Below, one piece after another: positions 50,160-64,000 of a stretch of DNA of 64,000 nt (position 1 is the first letter of the stretch; every line of letters begins with the position of its first letter). The notes under the pieces were generated by a model. The model searched no databases, was not told where the DNA came from, and saw only the letters and a list, made by a program, of their open reading frames with translations. This DNA is from Marsupella aquatica (lineage: Eukaryota > Plantae > Marchantiophyta). Made by a program: the position numbers and the translations under genes. The stretch covers positions 17,178,670 through 17,242,669 of the forward strand of contig OZ316893.1 in NCBI GenBank assembly GCA_973895155.1. The letters run 5' to 3'.

Positions 50160-53100
50160 GGGGTCTCATAGGATGCTTGACATTTTTAGCTATTAAACAC
50201 CCTAAAAAATAAGAAGAGGAGTTTTTTGAACTATTTTTCTACCCCAATATTTTTGGAATATTCTAAAAATATTGACAAAGCCAAGCTAAAGCTCCTCTCC
50301 ATATTGGTGCATGAACAGCATGGTGCATGAACGGCATGGAGCAATCATCCCACTCTTTAAGGTTACGCATCACATATTCGGGCTTCTTATTAGCAGGCTT
50401 TCCATTGACAAAGTTGGCAATGACATCAACCGATGATAGAACACAAGCAAAACCTTTCATTTCCCCTTTAATTTGAGAGGTTCACCTTGGCTCCAGTGGG
50501 TGTGAAGCCATGTAAAGAATTGCCTGCCTCCCTAACTCAGTTGAGACTTTCAATTGGATTCGATAGATAGATACTTCAAAAGCTTGGTTGATATTAGAAA
50601 TCCAGAAAATGTTGGTAAGAATAAACAAGGGGGTCCACCAATTAATTATAAATACAATAAAAGAGGTTGCACTACTGTAAATTTAAACATCTTTAGTGAC
50701 TAGGTGCTTAAAAGCTGGTTTAACCAAACCTGTTGCTGATCCTATATGAAATGGAGTGGGGCCCAAGTTTTGCTAATGTGGAGCACATTTTTGTCTCAAA
50801 TTTTAGACCTTCTGGTCCCGTAGTACATTCCTCTTTTGAGGCAATCGCATTTAAAGTGTACCCATAAGTCCTTCATAAGATCTACTCTTGTCAGAGCTAG
50901 AAAGACTGCAGCGGTTCCCTAGCTTGTCTTTTAACAAATTATTCTAGCTCTCCTAGCTCCACTTAGCTTAACAAGACCTTGGAGGCCATAAAAAAAACAC
51001 TTTTGGCCCCGGTACACAATATTATATTTAGTGTGTGAAATTGCCTTCCAATTTGCTTGGTGAAAAAAAGCTCACAAGTGCCCCAACTTCCTGTAAAGCC
51101 ACCTAAGAGGAGGGGATTTCAGCACGAGTTAAAGGTGATCATGAAGTAAAGATCTTATCATATCCTTGGATTGCACTGAGTGACAGAAAAAAGCGCAAAT
51201 AACCGAGTACTCTTTTTCCGGGTACGGAAAGGTCTTTTTATAACCAATCAGAGCTGAGGTCAAAGAGGGAGGTCCACAGAGGGACCCACCCAGTAGAGTG
51301 GGAGATTGTGATCGCAAAAAGTTGTGGGGTCCGGGACTATGCAAGTTGCTCTGGAGCAAGCATGACTGTCCAGCGCAATGAGAGATTCTGGAGGTAAAGA
51401 TATATTTTATTCAATCATTAGAAGGGAAGATTGAGATGTTCATTATTCCCTGAGGTACATTTTCATACAACTCAGTAGTACTACCGCAAATAGCATTTGT
51501 TCTACTCTACAAGTGAGCTCCAGTCGGGCTTCACTTTTGTTTGTAGAACAATCATCTACCCAGGCCTCTACCCTTTTGAATAGAGGTATAGGGCAAGAGT
51601 AAAAGCCCACGGTTTCTGCCGTGAGAAACAAGCGCATGTGGCACATTATATACTGAACCCACTCAAGACTATTTGGAATTGCATAATTAGAGTTATACGT
51701 AAATGTACAGGATGAAACTCAGAAAAGTGAGTTGAATCAAGCTCAAAAAAGCATAACACAATTCTCCCCTTAAAGCCCCCCTTAAAGCTCTTAACCCACT
51801 AACACTCAGGTTGGGTTTACTAAGTACTCCAGTGAGGCACTCTACAGACTGCTGAACATGGAGGAAACATCAATGATGAAACAAAATGAAACTTCCTGAG
51901 CCGAAACAAAATTGCAAACACAATTAACATAGAGCTGAAATTTTGAACTTTCAACCTAAGCAACAATTGAAATGGGTCATTTGAAATGAGAATCAAAATC
52001 CCAAGCTGGGAGTTTGAGCTGTCAACCAGAATACACATCAATTCATCAGTCCTGTCCTGAAATTAAACTTGAATGAATTGAAAGGATCTCCTAGCCTGAC
52101 TCTGAAATAATCCATGGCAACTCGCAAAGTCTGTGGCAGCACACAAAGTTGAACACAAAGTGTATGGGAGCTCTTGAAGTAGAACAAGAGAGCTCTGGGT
52201 GACAGGGTAATGTTACTTTTAGAGGCATTAGTGCAATTTCACCCCTTATTTGAACATGCAGCAGTTTAATTTTGGGTTTAATGGAACCTTAAATCACCCT
52301 GAACCCGAGTCAAAATGATGTATTACTCACCCACCTTCTAGCACTTTATGGGATACTCTGTTGTATAGTTGGGGATTGGACCTGAGATCTGCAGGTCACC
52401 CTAAACTTATTCCCAATCTCCCAGGACAAAAATCAGTTGGAAGCCAATAAAAGAACCCAGGGGCCATAGGGAATGACCAGCAATCACCTGGGTACCGCCA
52501 GCTGACCTAGAGAGGAGACCCCAGGTCACCATGAGACCTGACTATTAATGGGTCAGGCAGCACCGTGGTGCATGCTGATGATACCCCCTGGCTCCCAGGT
52601 CACTAAGAGAATGAATCATCGTAAGACACCTGGGAATGTTTGGATCACGAATGCAAAGACAATATCTAAAACAGCATCTCATGGATGACCCTAGTGACGT
52701 GATCAAACTATTCTGTCTAAAGTTATAGTCGCTACATTTCTCCCAGCACCCCTATAGTCGTCGTAGACATCTGGCAATGTGCTCAATACTATGGGTATCC
52801 TTCGTGACTTTCATTGGGGATCCTCCGTATTTGTCCTCTTCGTTTAGATATTGAAGATTTATTTTTGGATTGATTGAACAGAAATGAAATCATGGCATGA
52901 GAAAAAATATTGTATCAATACCCGTATGCATGCGTATTTGAAGACAAGTAATATATTTAATTATTGATGTTAGTTCAGGCAATGTCTAGTGAGAGTGAAG
53001 GTCTGGATGGACCGAAGTGTTTGTTTTGCCCATCCCCATGGACTGTGACACATGTATCACTTTACCCCAAAGTTCACAGTGACTGGTTGCTTTTGCAAGG

Positions 53101-54774
53101 ATGCTTAGTAAGAATTGCAAACCATGACAACAAAAACCAACCAGAATTAGTTATCTTTTGCTTAAGTTAGCCCCACTCTCATATTAGGGTTACCAAGGTT
53201 AATTACGGAAAAACTCAGTCAGAGATAAGCTCAATTACAATGAACAAGGTCAAGGTGCAAAGTCTTGTGCGCTGCACTTACAGACTAACTTTCATCTATT
53301 ACTAGAGTCTGTCTGGTTGCTGCGTACCGTCCCGTCTGTTCGACCCTGCTTCCACGACAACCAAGCTGGGAGCTGCCCTCAGAGATATAGTACAATTACC
53401 CTACATGATTGACGCTGGGAGGCGGACGTTCACAGTGGGTATTCTATCGTCGTGGTTGACTCGGTCCTTGCAGAGTGCAGATTGCCGTGCGTTACAGAAT
53501 TATGGAAGGTAAAGTACTTACAGTAGTTGGTCAGAGCCTCAGACAGTCAGAGCTGGTGTCCACGACACGAAAGTAAACGCTGTGCTTCAATTATTTTCGA
53601 GAGCGAAGAGATACTCCTTCCCGTGTTTCGGAACAAGGTATAGAAAAAAATAGCTACACTGGTGACGATCGCACAAAACTGTTGATCGCCAGGATGATGG
53701 TCCCCCGCAAAATTCTCGATTGCAGATGTGCTGCAATCGAGAGTGTAGTGCCCTGGTGGCTTCCCCTGCGTTCTGCTTTTGCTTTCGCTCTTCCTATGCC
53801 GGCAGCCCTCCATAGTCTACCCTTGCCAGTTACCGCTCATGTTTTGTTGACGCCGGTTTACTCTGTCCAAATGTTTTCGACGTCCTTAATTTGTTCATAG
53901 TTTTGGCCTGGCCAATGTACCATATTTTCGTAACTGTGGAAGTTTTCCCCGCTTCAAGCACCAGTTACTTGGCTGCCTGTCGGGGGGCAGGTTTTCGTCT
54001 TCCCCGCATAACAATTCTACACAAAATAAGCTGGAGAACGTGCGCGAATGTCGGCGATAAAATTATGGCCGCGATGTTGCGGGGAGATTTTTTATTTCTT
54101 TTGCATTGACTCTGGTCCCAAGACAGCGCAGTGCTTTCTCTGGTCCGTATCAACTTACAGGGATATTACAACTTGAACGCAAAGGTTCCAACCAGATCAG
54201 GGCAAACTCTTCCTTTACAGAATGATGGATGAGTCTTTACACACTCATGTGTAAAGTTCAGAGAATAGTTCTGACAAAAAGTTTTGCAGGTCACACTACT
54301 GTATCGTTGACGACTGGAGTCTCTGCAGATTTGCATGGACGATGGTCTCGTTCGTGAATAAGTACCGTTGGCCGGAAAGAATCCGAGGGGATCGTCGCAA
54401 GCGGAGGCCTCCATGCTTTCCTCATACCCGGCGCTCTCTGGTTCGTATGCCCTCCGTCTCCCAAATCCTTCCCCTGGATCCCTGGGGAATCGACACCTTG
54501 CAACTCATTTTAGCAAGGGGCATGGTACAGGATTGTGAGCTTTGGCGATTGCTCCCTTCTGCACGGTTCTTTTCTTCCCAAATGGCTGCGTACTTAGCGA
54601 GCTGAGTTTCGTCGAAAATGATTTTTTTTCAGGTATAGCATGACTAACAGGCAGAAAGCAGGGAACTAAGAAACTAGTTGGGCTGTGATGTGGGAGTCAT
54701 CGTTCCTACTCAATCAGCCCCGCCAGTCAGCCACTGCAGAACTTTCTTGCTTACTGAAAGCAATCGAAGAGCTA

Positions 54775-54977
54775 GCTGGTTTGGCACGTCCTTGCGATAG
54801 TGTGTATCCTGACTGCTTGTCTGACAATCTACAGTAGGGAGGAGAACTAGTTTAAGTACCGTTAAAATAGATCGGGCTGGTTGGGCACGTCCTTGAGATA
54901 TTGTGTATCCTGACTGCTTGCCTGACAATCTACAGTAGGGAGGAGAACTAATTTAAGTACCGTTAAAATAGATCGGG
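54775..54977. repeat. Two-copy 101-bp tandem duplication upstream of the transporter gene
   Basis: GCTGGTT.GGCACGTCCTTG...TAAAATAGATCGG repeats at 54775 and 54876. Confidence 0.9.
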
Positions 54978-55398
54978 CGTGCGCGCTCTGTGAACATTTG
55001 AAAATATGTTACAGAAAACTTCAACTTGAGGTCGAATTTGATTAGACAATGTCGTCGTTTCCATGCGTCCAATTATGAAATCTAGTAATGGGTGCTTGAC
55101 TGAACTGAATTGGGTTGATTTCGTAGGATTATTATCGCAGTGGCTTTCGTCCAATTAGGAACCGAGTCTTGGGTGCAGAGGTGCTTGACTAAATTGAGTT
55201 GGGTTGATTTCGTAGGGTTATCGCAGTGAGATGCGAAGAAGGGTGTGAGTCTGCAGAAGATGGGATGAGCTTTTAGTAAATCAAATTTCTCGCTCAACTA
55301 GCGACAAATCTGCACTGAACCGAACAACTTTCAGGAAAGACAAAGGTCTCATCAATTAGCACATTTCATCACTTGAACGCAGATACTGGTACCCAGCC

Positions 55399-58300
55399 AT
55401 GAGGGCGGAGGAGGGGACCGAGGGGAACATGGGACCAGTCCACACGTACCCAGTACCCATGGTGGCTTCAATCGACCGTGGAAAGCTGGAGAATGTTTCG
55501 CTAATGAAAGTGATGAAACATACCGACGGTCGTCGAGCGATGCTAGCCGTTGTACCGACACTTACTTTGGGTATCATTGGCGGGTATTTTCTTATATCAT
55601 TGCCTTCATTGTTCCCTCTCAACGCCTCGACGACTGTTCCCGCCATCATATCTGTGAAACTTTCCTAGCTTTCGTTTCCAGCACATGTAAACTTCATCCC
55701 TTCATTTGATTATCTTCTTTATGAACCGTTCCTAGATTTCGTGTCCAGCAGCAGATGTAAGCTTCATCTTTCGTTTTTCATTATCTCCCTTCGTAGCTTG
55801 AAGAAGCTGTTTCGATGTCAACGAAGAGAGCCTACAAACGTCAGTTTTCTTGAATGTATTGCCGGTGCTTCCCTACGATCCTAAACATTTGGGACAGTGC
55901 CAGGACGGTAAATTCGTTCCGTAAAATGCACTCGTGGTACTTCGGCCTATGTTTCCACCGTTAAGAACGAGATCTCACACAACGCGACTTGCTTCAGAAA
56001 ATTCGACACTAATTTGTAATTTTCTTCTCTGTCATTTGGTAAGTCCATAATAACATCTGAAAAATGAGGAGTACAGTGGAATTCCCAGAGTCAGTTTTCT
56101 TGAATGTATTGCCGGTGTCTGTCGAGTCAATTCCATGTTTAAGATGTCTGGCAAAATAAGCAACGAAACCTTTCTAGTTGAATCTGTCATATTTGCGTGT
56201 CCTAGTACCTGCTTGGTGTTGGGAAAGTCGAATATGTCCTATTTTCCCTCTCGCGTTCCTAATCAATTCGGATTTGCTCCTTCATGGCGATACTCTGTCT
56301 TCCTGTCATACGCATGTGAGGGTTGCTGAGTGGCGAATTTTGCAGGGCTGTTTTACCCTTGGCGTGGGCGTTCAGTGTTACTGGCGTAGTTTGCGGAGTT
56401 TTGGTCATGGTGATTGTCGCCGCAGCCAATGCCTACACCAGTGATCTTCTTCTCAGACAAGCGTACGTGACTGGCACATTTGATTACGAGAATCTAGCCT
56501 TTGTTATTGGTGGCAAATGGTGGAGGGTACGTACGTTCATAACCTGACATCCCTTCACCCCATGCGCTCGTCCCTTGATACGTGTTCTCATCTCGTGCGC
56601 TTGTTGGTCGACTGTAATTCAAGTTTAGGTATCAATGGTGTTTACGAGGGTATTCAATTTGTATAATATTTCTTCTCTGATGAATTCGAATTCGTGGGGT
56701 TCCTAGCCAAAAGTTAACTCTTACCTGTTTGTGCACTGCAGCTTGTCACTGAGATCAGTATTGTGGTCCTACTCGTTGGGAGCATTGTCGGAAGTATAGT
56801 CCAAATTGGTGAAGTTGGTAGAACAGGCCTGCTTGCATTTTCATCAGACCTTCCCAACTGGCTGGTAGGAAGTTATGGGCGTGTTATCATTGCCTTTGCT
56901 GTCATTTTCATCGTTGCACCTTTGTGCCTCGTCAACCAGCTTCGGCAGGTATCGATTCTAGAACTTGACTCAAATAATTCATGATGTGGCATCACCAGTA
57001 GATATGAATTCAGTTGTTAGGAGAAATTTTGTGGAGGTTCAAGACTGTTTCTGCTAAATTGTCAGTCCTGTGCGGGCCTAATCGCCGAAACAAACCAGAG
57101 AAGTTGAGCAAGACATTTCTGCCTGAGCGCGACCTTCCTGTTTCTGAAAGAATCTGTCCGTGTGTGTGGGTGGGGTGTGGTGGGGGGAGTCCTGGTTTCT
57201 CTTCAGCCCCTGGCTGGGCTCTGGTCCAACCTCTCTCCCTCCTGGTACTGGGTATGACCCCCCTTGTGGGCTACCCTACAGAGGTGCATGCTCCGGAGTT
57301 GATCGTCTATCCTCTGTTAGATGGGTCAGCTTTCGGTATTCAAGGAAAAAAAGAATCTGTCCGTTGACCCTACGAAGTTCAATTCGTGCTTCAAGCACTG
57401 CTTTTCAAGAAATTGCAGTCTACGTTAACGGCTAGGTAGTGTAAGTCAAGCTGGTAATCGTTCGGTGGGATTGTCGCCAAGTGATTCTTGCAGCTGGAGT
57501 ACGCGGGTATAATTGGCACTGGCATTGTACTGTGGCTCATGTTTAGTGTTGTCATCAACAGCCTCTCCCACGGGTTACCTTCACTTGCAAATAAACAACT
57601 TGCAGTCGTGGGTTTCAGCAGTATAGGTATGGCATGTTATTGCAACCTGTAAAAGTTTGGACCATCTAGCAACTTGTTTACAATACTAGTACTATCGATA
57701 CCCCTGGCAGAGCCTCCTATAGGACGGGGAACTCCAGGCCCCCTAGCCACATTTACGGCGCATCTTGTTTCCTTTCTTTCCCTCCATAGTTGGTGCCAGT
57801 ACTACAACCTTTGACATTAGGCTTCGCATTCGAAAATTTCGTTTCATGGTGCTCACCCAATGATCTTCTTCCGAGTCGTACTTGGGTGGTTTATATAGTG
57901 TGGTATTTACAGTACCGTCTGAAACTGTCGATGACAACCTGGACCATGTAGTTGATGCTCTAGCGATCAGTGGGGAAGGATATGAGTGGATGATAGTGAT
58001 TTGATCCCTGTGTTACGAGCGCAGCTTACGCGAGCGGGCCTTAAATGACATTGCATTAGGAATGAGGATTCTAAATGATAGTGATTTGATCCCTGTGTTA
58101 CGAGCGCAGCTTGCACGAGCGGGCAATAAATGACTTTGCATTAGGAATGAGGATTCTTACTGTGGAAGTCCTTCGATGGGTGACATGCAGGAAATGTGAC
58201 TCAAGCGGTTTCCATATTTGGTTTTGCTTTTTACATTCAGCCTATAATGATGCCAATGCTCGGAGAAGTACCCGACGGCAGTATTGGGGTGAAAGTTGTG

Positions 58301-60474
58301 TCTTACTCCACCCGGATTGTTGTACTAGGTAAGATTAATCATGATGCCCGACTGAATCGCCCAGGTGAATTGATGTGGTTGTGAACGGTGTGAGGATTCC
58401 TTTGTAGTTCAGGGGAGTTGTCATATATTTGCTCCTGGTAGGATCACAATAGTTGCTAAGTTTATTGCCAACTCCCATGACAAAATGACTGATTATCTTG
58501 TCGATGCATGCTGTCTACATTTACTGGTTTTCTCTTTGCAGTACTATTCTTACTCTGTGTACACTGTACGAATGCATATACAGTGAACGCTTTCTTCATC
58601 TATTTCTTCACCGGCTTTTTTGGAGCCGCATATTATGGTCAAAACACTTCCAGTGACATCTTGGAGAACCAGTGGCTAGGTGGAGGGGTGGCACAAGGAT
58701 GTCTCAACATCTCTATGACACGTACGCCATTGTTCGAACACCGTAGATTCTGGTTTCTGTGCTCCTTATCTGCTGTGCTGTTCTCAATCTCTGGTTAATG
58801 GCAATTGATTTTCAGGCGTTTTTAGTCTTTTGGAGTTAGACATCGCTCTCACCCTAACGATTAAGCCAGAGTCTTACCATGGGTGCCTTGTGACACCTCA
58901 AGGCAATTTAGCAGTATCTTGGGTTGTTTGTTGCATGGCTGCTATATAACAGTCAATTCATGTTGACAGGAATTTTACAATCTGTCAAAATCTTGTCAAA
59001 TATCATGTGAATCTTGCTCTGATGTTTAACCTGGTTGGGCTTTGGATTGGTGTGCAGTTTACTTGTCTATATCCACCCCGGTGCTTGAATTCCCAACGAG
59101 GCATACAGTCGATGGTTGGATTCCTGCGAGATTCATGCGACGAAAATGGCCGAGGCACGTGGTGGTCACGACTCTCATCCTAGGAGTTTCTCTAGCGATA
59201 GCCCTTGCATTCCCGAGTAGCTCCAGTCAAATTCTCACAGCTACCGGAGCTACCGGGGTGTGCATGGTGTCTTATCTTATCCCCGTTGTCAACCACTTAC
59301 TCCTCCATTACAACAGGTTTGAATCTTTATTAAATCTATCTGTCCAAATGTTTCCTCCTGAGTTATAATTTCACATACAATTTCTATTCAAACATTGAAA
59401 CTGGGATGGAACCTCAACATGTCATTATTATTTTTTAATTAAAAGGGACAGAAAGTAAAAAAGAAGTTATAACATTTGAACACTAGATCTATGAATTTCA
59501 ACTAAAGTGAACTAACTTAAGTCACAACATTTGAACACTAGACCTGTGACTTTCAAATATATTGAACTAAGAGTCAATCATAACATTTGAACACTTTACC
59601 TATGAATTTCAACTAAAATGAACTAACACACAGCCATGTCTCCATGGGCTCTCTTTGTTTGACATATAAGTTCTATTACTTTAAATGTGTGCTATGCAAG
59701 TTATTCACACTTTCATAAATCCATGCAAGCTTCCAAAGCCTATCCAAGCGTTAAAGATTTTTATTGAAATTCCATGGGAGCTCATACCTCCTTTCCAATT
59801 GAGGAAAACAACAAAAAACCAGAAGTAGCAAATTTGTTTGAGGATGAATAAGCACGTGTCTTGATGAATTGTCAACTCTCTCCTCATATACCACCAAATG
59901 AATGAAGGATTCCAGGGAAAAGAATTCATAAGATAGATTCCATCACAAAAATAGCTATTTTTGTGTGTGTAGCAGGTCCCTATAACCAGTATTTATTGAA
60001 CTTCAAACTGTTTGAAATTGTTATGGAATTCATTATGTGGAATTAATGGAGTGAGATTCTGCACATTTATTCCAATGTGTTCAGTAGAATTTTTTCAATT
60101 ATATATGTTAGAAGGTTATTTTCAATTGGAATGGATGGTTATGTGATCCCAAGGAAGTGCACTTGTTTAGCCATCTGACTTGAAACAACAGCAGAGTTAA
60201 TGTGTCCCCTGAATTTTTAAATTTGGTATTATGGTGCCTCCAATGCAGATCCAAATTCCAGAAAGAAGCACTTCAAAAATTGACGGTCAATGGTGTGCAA
60301 CGCGGGGCTGATGTGGAAGGTAATAATGGAGGAATTCCCCTCGCATATAGACGGGACCGAGCTGACCGTTACTGTTGGGGAAAAACAATTGAATACTCGA
60401 GAGATGCGGTGCTCCCAATTATGGTGCTTGTCATTGGAATTTTTTGCAGTGTTTCAGCCTTATCTACCCTCTAG
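55399..60474 (+). CDS. Amino-acid transporter, AAAP/Aa_trans (AVT6/SLC38-like); exons 55399-55583, 56346-56526, 56742-56948, 57494-57626, 58191-58328, 58584-58721, 59058-59316, 60249-60474
   Basis: All seven GT-AG introns join in frame. Motifs IIGGAVLPLAWAF..TG, DYENL..GGK, AVSIFGFAFYIQP, FFGAAYYG.NTSSDILEN, ATGATG..VSYLIP; multiple hydrophobic segments. Confidence 0.92.
57990..58157. repeat. Intronic two-copy ~85-bp tandem duplication
   Basis: ATGATAGTGATTTGATCCCTGTGTTACGAGCGCAGCTT...TTAGGAATGAGGATTCT occurs twice. Confidence 0.9.
59470..59628. repeat. Intronic ~55-bp tandem repeat, 3 copies
   Basis: AACATTTGAACACT..A.CT.TGA.TTTCAA....A..GAACTAA at ~59471, 59526 and 59582. Confidence 0.85.
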
Positions 60475-60481
60475 CCAAATA

Positions 60482-63260
60482 TGTTGAATAAATAATCATA
60501 ATAACATGTTATGTTATGACACCATAGTTAAGTCTCAATCTAACTATGGTTGGAAACCTTGTAATCCTTCACACCGTATATATATATATATATATATATA
60601 TACATCCGAGGGAGAAGTTGGATACAGTTGGAGATTATTACACAACACGTTATCAGCACGTATTGACTTCCCAACATTGAGCAAGGCTGGCTATGGCGAA
60701 TCCTGAAGCAAATTGATAAGACCGAAAATCCTCTCCATTCCCCTCACACAATACCACTTTCTATAGGAGATATGAGAAGGCAAGAACGGAGAGAGTCAAA
60801 AATTCCTCGAGAAGAATCACTGCAGCAGAACAGATTAAAAGCACAGAGAAAGGAATTCATAAGGACTATGACTTACTAAATCTGAGGAAGAAACTCTCGA
60901 GCGAAGGCAAGAAAATTATCGTAAGGATAGGTAGAAGAGTGAGGCGCATTACTGCAGCAACGACAATTCACTTGCATCCCGCAAGCGAGCGATGAATTAA
61001 AGCAACACAGATTAGAGAATTCTAAAGGCGAGAAAGCCTCGCACCTGATCTGAGATCGTGAGGGAGAAATTCACAAGCGAAAGAGAAGAACAACCAGACA
61101 GAAAAACTCGAAAGGAAAATGATCGATCACAAGAAGAAAAGACAACATTTCGTTGCTTAGCAGTAAATCCTCGGCTCACAAATAGCAATAACAAGGACAA
61201 AGCGAGAGTAGAGGAGCAGAAGTGTAGACCGAAACGGCATTGAGAGTACGAAGAAATTAAAGAAGAGACAGCCGAAAGGATGCAGACACACAAAGACGAA
61301 AGGGAATAGAAGAGGAAAGAGCACTCAATTTGAAAGGACTTATGAATGAAACAACATTCTTCTTCCAAGGCGAATAGAAGCAATCCGAATGAATGAGAGA
61401 GTAAAGACGTAACCGAGGAGCAATAAGGCTCTGCGCTGGCAGTCCACCATAATACAATTGAGAAGCGACTGCAAGGAATTCATAAGGACAGCGACGGATA
61501 AAGCAATGTGGAATGCAAGATTAGAATCGAGCGAAAGCCATTGATATCAAAACAGCAGAAGCCAGGGTCGCACAGAAATAAGAATCGAGAAACATAATTG
61601 AAAAAGAGAGGAAGAAAAAGGATCACGAACTGATTCATAAGGACCAAAAATCAAAGGAAGCAACAAAGGGATACTGCAAGCAGCGCGGCTGCGAACTGAG
61701 GTGAACTGAATTAAATGATAAGGAGATTTGAAAGCGCAGAATCGAAGAGGCACAGGTTTGAAAGAAACTCATCATAGCTTTCGCCACAATGAGCGAGAAC
61801 CCGAGAAAGTAACGTTGAAACTAAAGAAAGAGAGAGAGGAGAATTGACCCCTATGAGGCACCGGCCCTCCCCTGATTGAGGGCAATTAAGGACCGAATCA
61901 GAAGGATTGAAAAACAATCGAAGCAAAAACTGAGCACCCGAAGACAGACTGCTTGCATCAACAAGAAGCAGAAATTGAAAAACGATAAGGAGCGAAAATC
62001 AAAGGAAGAAATTGTCGAGCGATTCAGGAGCGCGCGAGTACCGGGCGAGTAGCGCAACCCGACTGGCTGCAAAAAATGAACAAGAAATAGAGGGAGAGCA
62101 AAATCTGAATAGCAGGCTACGAGAAGAAACTACTCGGATAGAAGATAAGGACACCTGAAGGAAGCAGCGAAGGGCAAGGGAACGAGAAGGTAGAACCTCC
62201 CCTCTTATTTCCTCACGAGTGCAAACTGGATGAACGATAGAGCACTAGCAGCAACAAGCAAAAAGCTGAAGGATCAAAAACAAACGCCAGGAGAGAGAAG
62301 GACGTCCAGTGAAGACGGAGATCGTGGCACAAGCTAAAGACGAGACGCTGGGTAAAGGAGGCAAAAAAAAACGCAATATAAGCAAAGGCAAAACAACCAA
62401 GAAAACAAGACTTAACCCACTAAGTGCAACCTTCCTTAACCACAAAATCCGTCAAAGCAATTACACCATACAAAAGAAATTGTGTACTAAACCAGGGAAG
62501 CGCACATAACCGCAAACCATGCACAACTACAAACCAAAAACAAAGAGAATTCCATTTACAAGTCATAGAACCTAGTGCAGTTAACCACATACACAAGGGA
62601 AACCAAACTTAAGTGCAAACCCTAAAGCACACTTCATCCTTTACGCTTAAGTTGCATGCGGAATTAAACCTAAAAAGCATTTAGGGTTAACAAAAAAAGA
62701 ACCTTATATTAATAAGGTGAAACCCTAAACGCAAAAACGAGAAAGAAAAATCAACTTTTGTGATTTTCCGAAACCGCACAGCGACTATAACCGCACAAAA
62801 CTCATCAGGTACTAAGAGCCAACCTATCTTATAACCCTTGCATACGCTATAACCAATATGAGTCCTAAAAACCTAACTCTAAACCTAACCCTAAACCTAA
62901 AACCCAAGACCAAACCCTAAAACCCAAAGACATGGCATCCATAGAGAAGCTGAACTTTCTCCCCTTGACCATTGAGGGGGAGAACTACCTCTCCAGGACA
63001 CTAGACGTCAAAGCTAACCTAATAGCTAAAGACATATACGAAACGATAATAACAGATCAGGGCACAACAACCCAACAGAAGGCGAGAGCCTTGGTGTTCA
63101 TAAGACACCACCTCGTAGAACCATTAAAGTTGCAATACCTTAACGAGGAAAATCCCAAAAACCTTTGGGATCAACTCAAAGAAAGATATGACCACACTAA
63201 GACCATACACCTGCCTAAAGCCCGCCACGACTGGGCTAACCTTCGTGTCCAAGACCATAC
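60482..63260 (+). mobile_element. Ty1/copia element, Bianca-like: 5' LTR 60482-60647, PBS, long leader, gag
   Basis: TGTTG...CAACA followed by CGTTATCAGCACG, which I recall as the Bianca-type PBS. The gag sequence is also Bianca-like. Confidence 0.8.
62932..63260 (+). pseudogene. Bianca-like copia gag, interrupted by an LTR insertion
   Basis: KLNFLPLTIEGENYLS..KARALVFIRHHL..LW.QLKERYDH.K...LPKAR.DW.NLR.QD. Confidence 0.85.
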
Positions 63261-64000
63261 TGTTAAGGATTGCTCTTAGTCTTGTGACTCATAGGTTACG
63301 GCACTTAGGCTAACCACAGTTAGGATCTTAGTTGAGGTTAGATTAGTCGTGTGTGACCTTGTATATACCAGGGCTAGTGTAAGCCGCTGGTGTGTGGTGC
63401 TTACTCATTGTAATAGAGCAACTTGAGGAAGAGGGAGAGGATGGGTGTTCGTCTACTCTTGAAGTAAAGCTTGAGTGTTCGTGTGGACGTAGCCTTGGAG
63501 AAGAGGTGAACCACGTAGAGATTGTGTCGACTACGTGTGCATGGAATGAGTCATGGTTGTATGGTCGTTGCGAATGACGTCTTAGTTCAACAATTGGTAT
63601 CAGAGCAAGCCTGGGAGGTGACGTTGAGGTGATCAAAATTTTTGTGACGTGTTGGTGACGGTTTTCCAGCGGTTAGAGTTGGTGGATTTCACGGAGTTCT
63701 GTCGCATGGAACTTGGAGGTGTTGGGCTCAACGGATAGATCGGGGCAAGGGCTTTCCGACGGTGCAAAGAAGTCTCTGAACGGAGTTCGTGGTGCGAAGG
63801 AATTCACGTTTCTGTCGTTCTGGATTTTTTGTGATTCGTGTTCGACGGTTTTCTTCGACGGTTCTTTTGGGGGGAACTGAGATCGTTTTTCCCGACGGTG
63901 TGAGCTTTATGGTGCGCGAGGCGTCACAACCTTTAGCTCAAATCATAGATCGGGCAAAGCTGATCATTTCGGTAGCTGGTTTGCTATCGAGGGTGTAGTG
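63261..64000 (+). mobile_element. 5' end of another LTR retrotransposon (LTR 63261-63592, tRNA-Met PBS 63595-63606)
   Basis: TGTTA...CAACA, then AT, then TGGTATCAGAGC. It cuts the gag frame; predicted TSD CATAC. Confidence 0.85.

Noticed and set aside
50263-54700. Assorted 60-90-aa ORFs
   Set aside because: No recognisable motifs or consistent splice structure; treated as intergenic or very old TE debris.
57014-57435. ORFs within the transporter locus
   Set aside because: They fall in intron 3; the flanking exons join in frame without them.

Overview
Eukaryotic DNA, inferred to be from a land plant and plausibly a non-seed plant (spliceosomal introns, plant-type TE families). About 85% of the window is nested transposons. 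(1) 1-27254: a decayed Ty3/gypsy element (A). A second gypsy (B, 3606-26223, 4-bp TSD ACGG) is inserted into A. B in turn hosts a solo LTR (7141-9352, TSD TGGAT), a complete 12.4-kb CACTA (9619-22049, 26-bp perfect TIR, TSD TCG) and a truncated second CACTA. The complete CACTA carries an EDM2-like triple-PHD module and a Pol-lambda-like BRCT that can splice in frame onto the transposase. (2) ~27255-47194 is the most unusual part: a large cargo-laden block around a Mutator-like GCM-DDE-SWIM transposase. It has two different ParB-like + beta-class N4/N6-DNA-methyltransferase-fold genes (one also fused to a Ulp1 SUMO protease), an FCP1/NIF-type phosphatase and a decayed paralog. At least 11 copies of a 15-bp palindrome (TAGCGCCWGGCGCTA) sit in its introns and intergenic DNA, four times as pairs exactly 62 bp apart. 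(3) Helitron ends and small repeats. (4) One intact host gene, an 8-exon amino-acid transporter (55399-60474). A Bianca-like copia sits 7 bp after its stop codon and is itself interrupted by another LTR element. All domain calls are by-eye motif recognition, not database searches.
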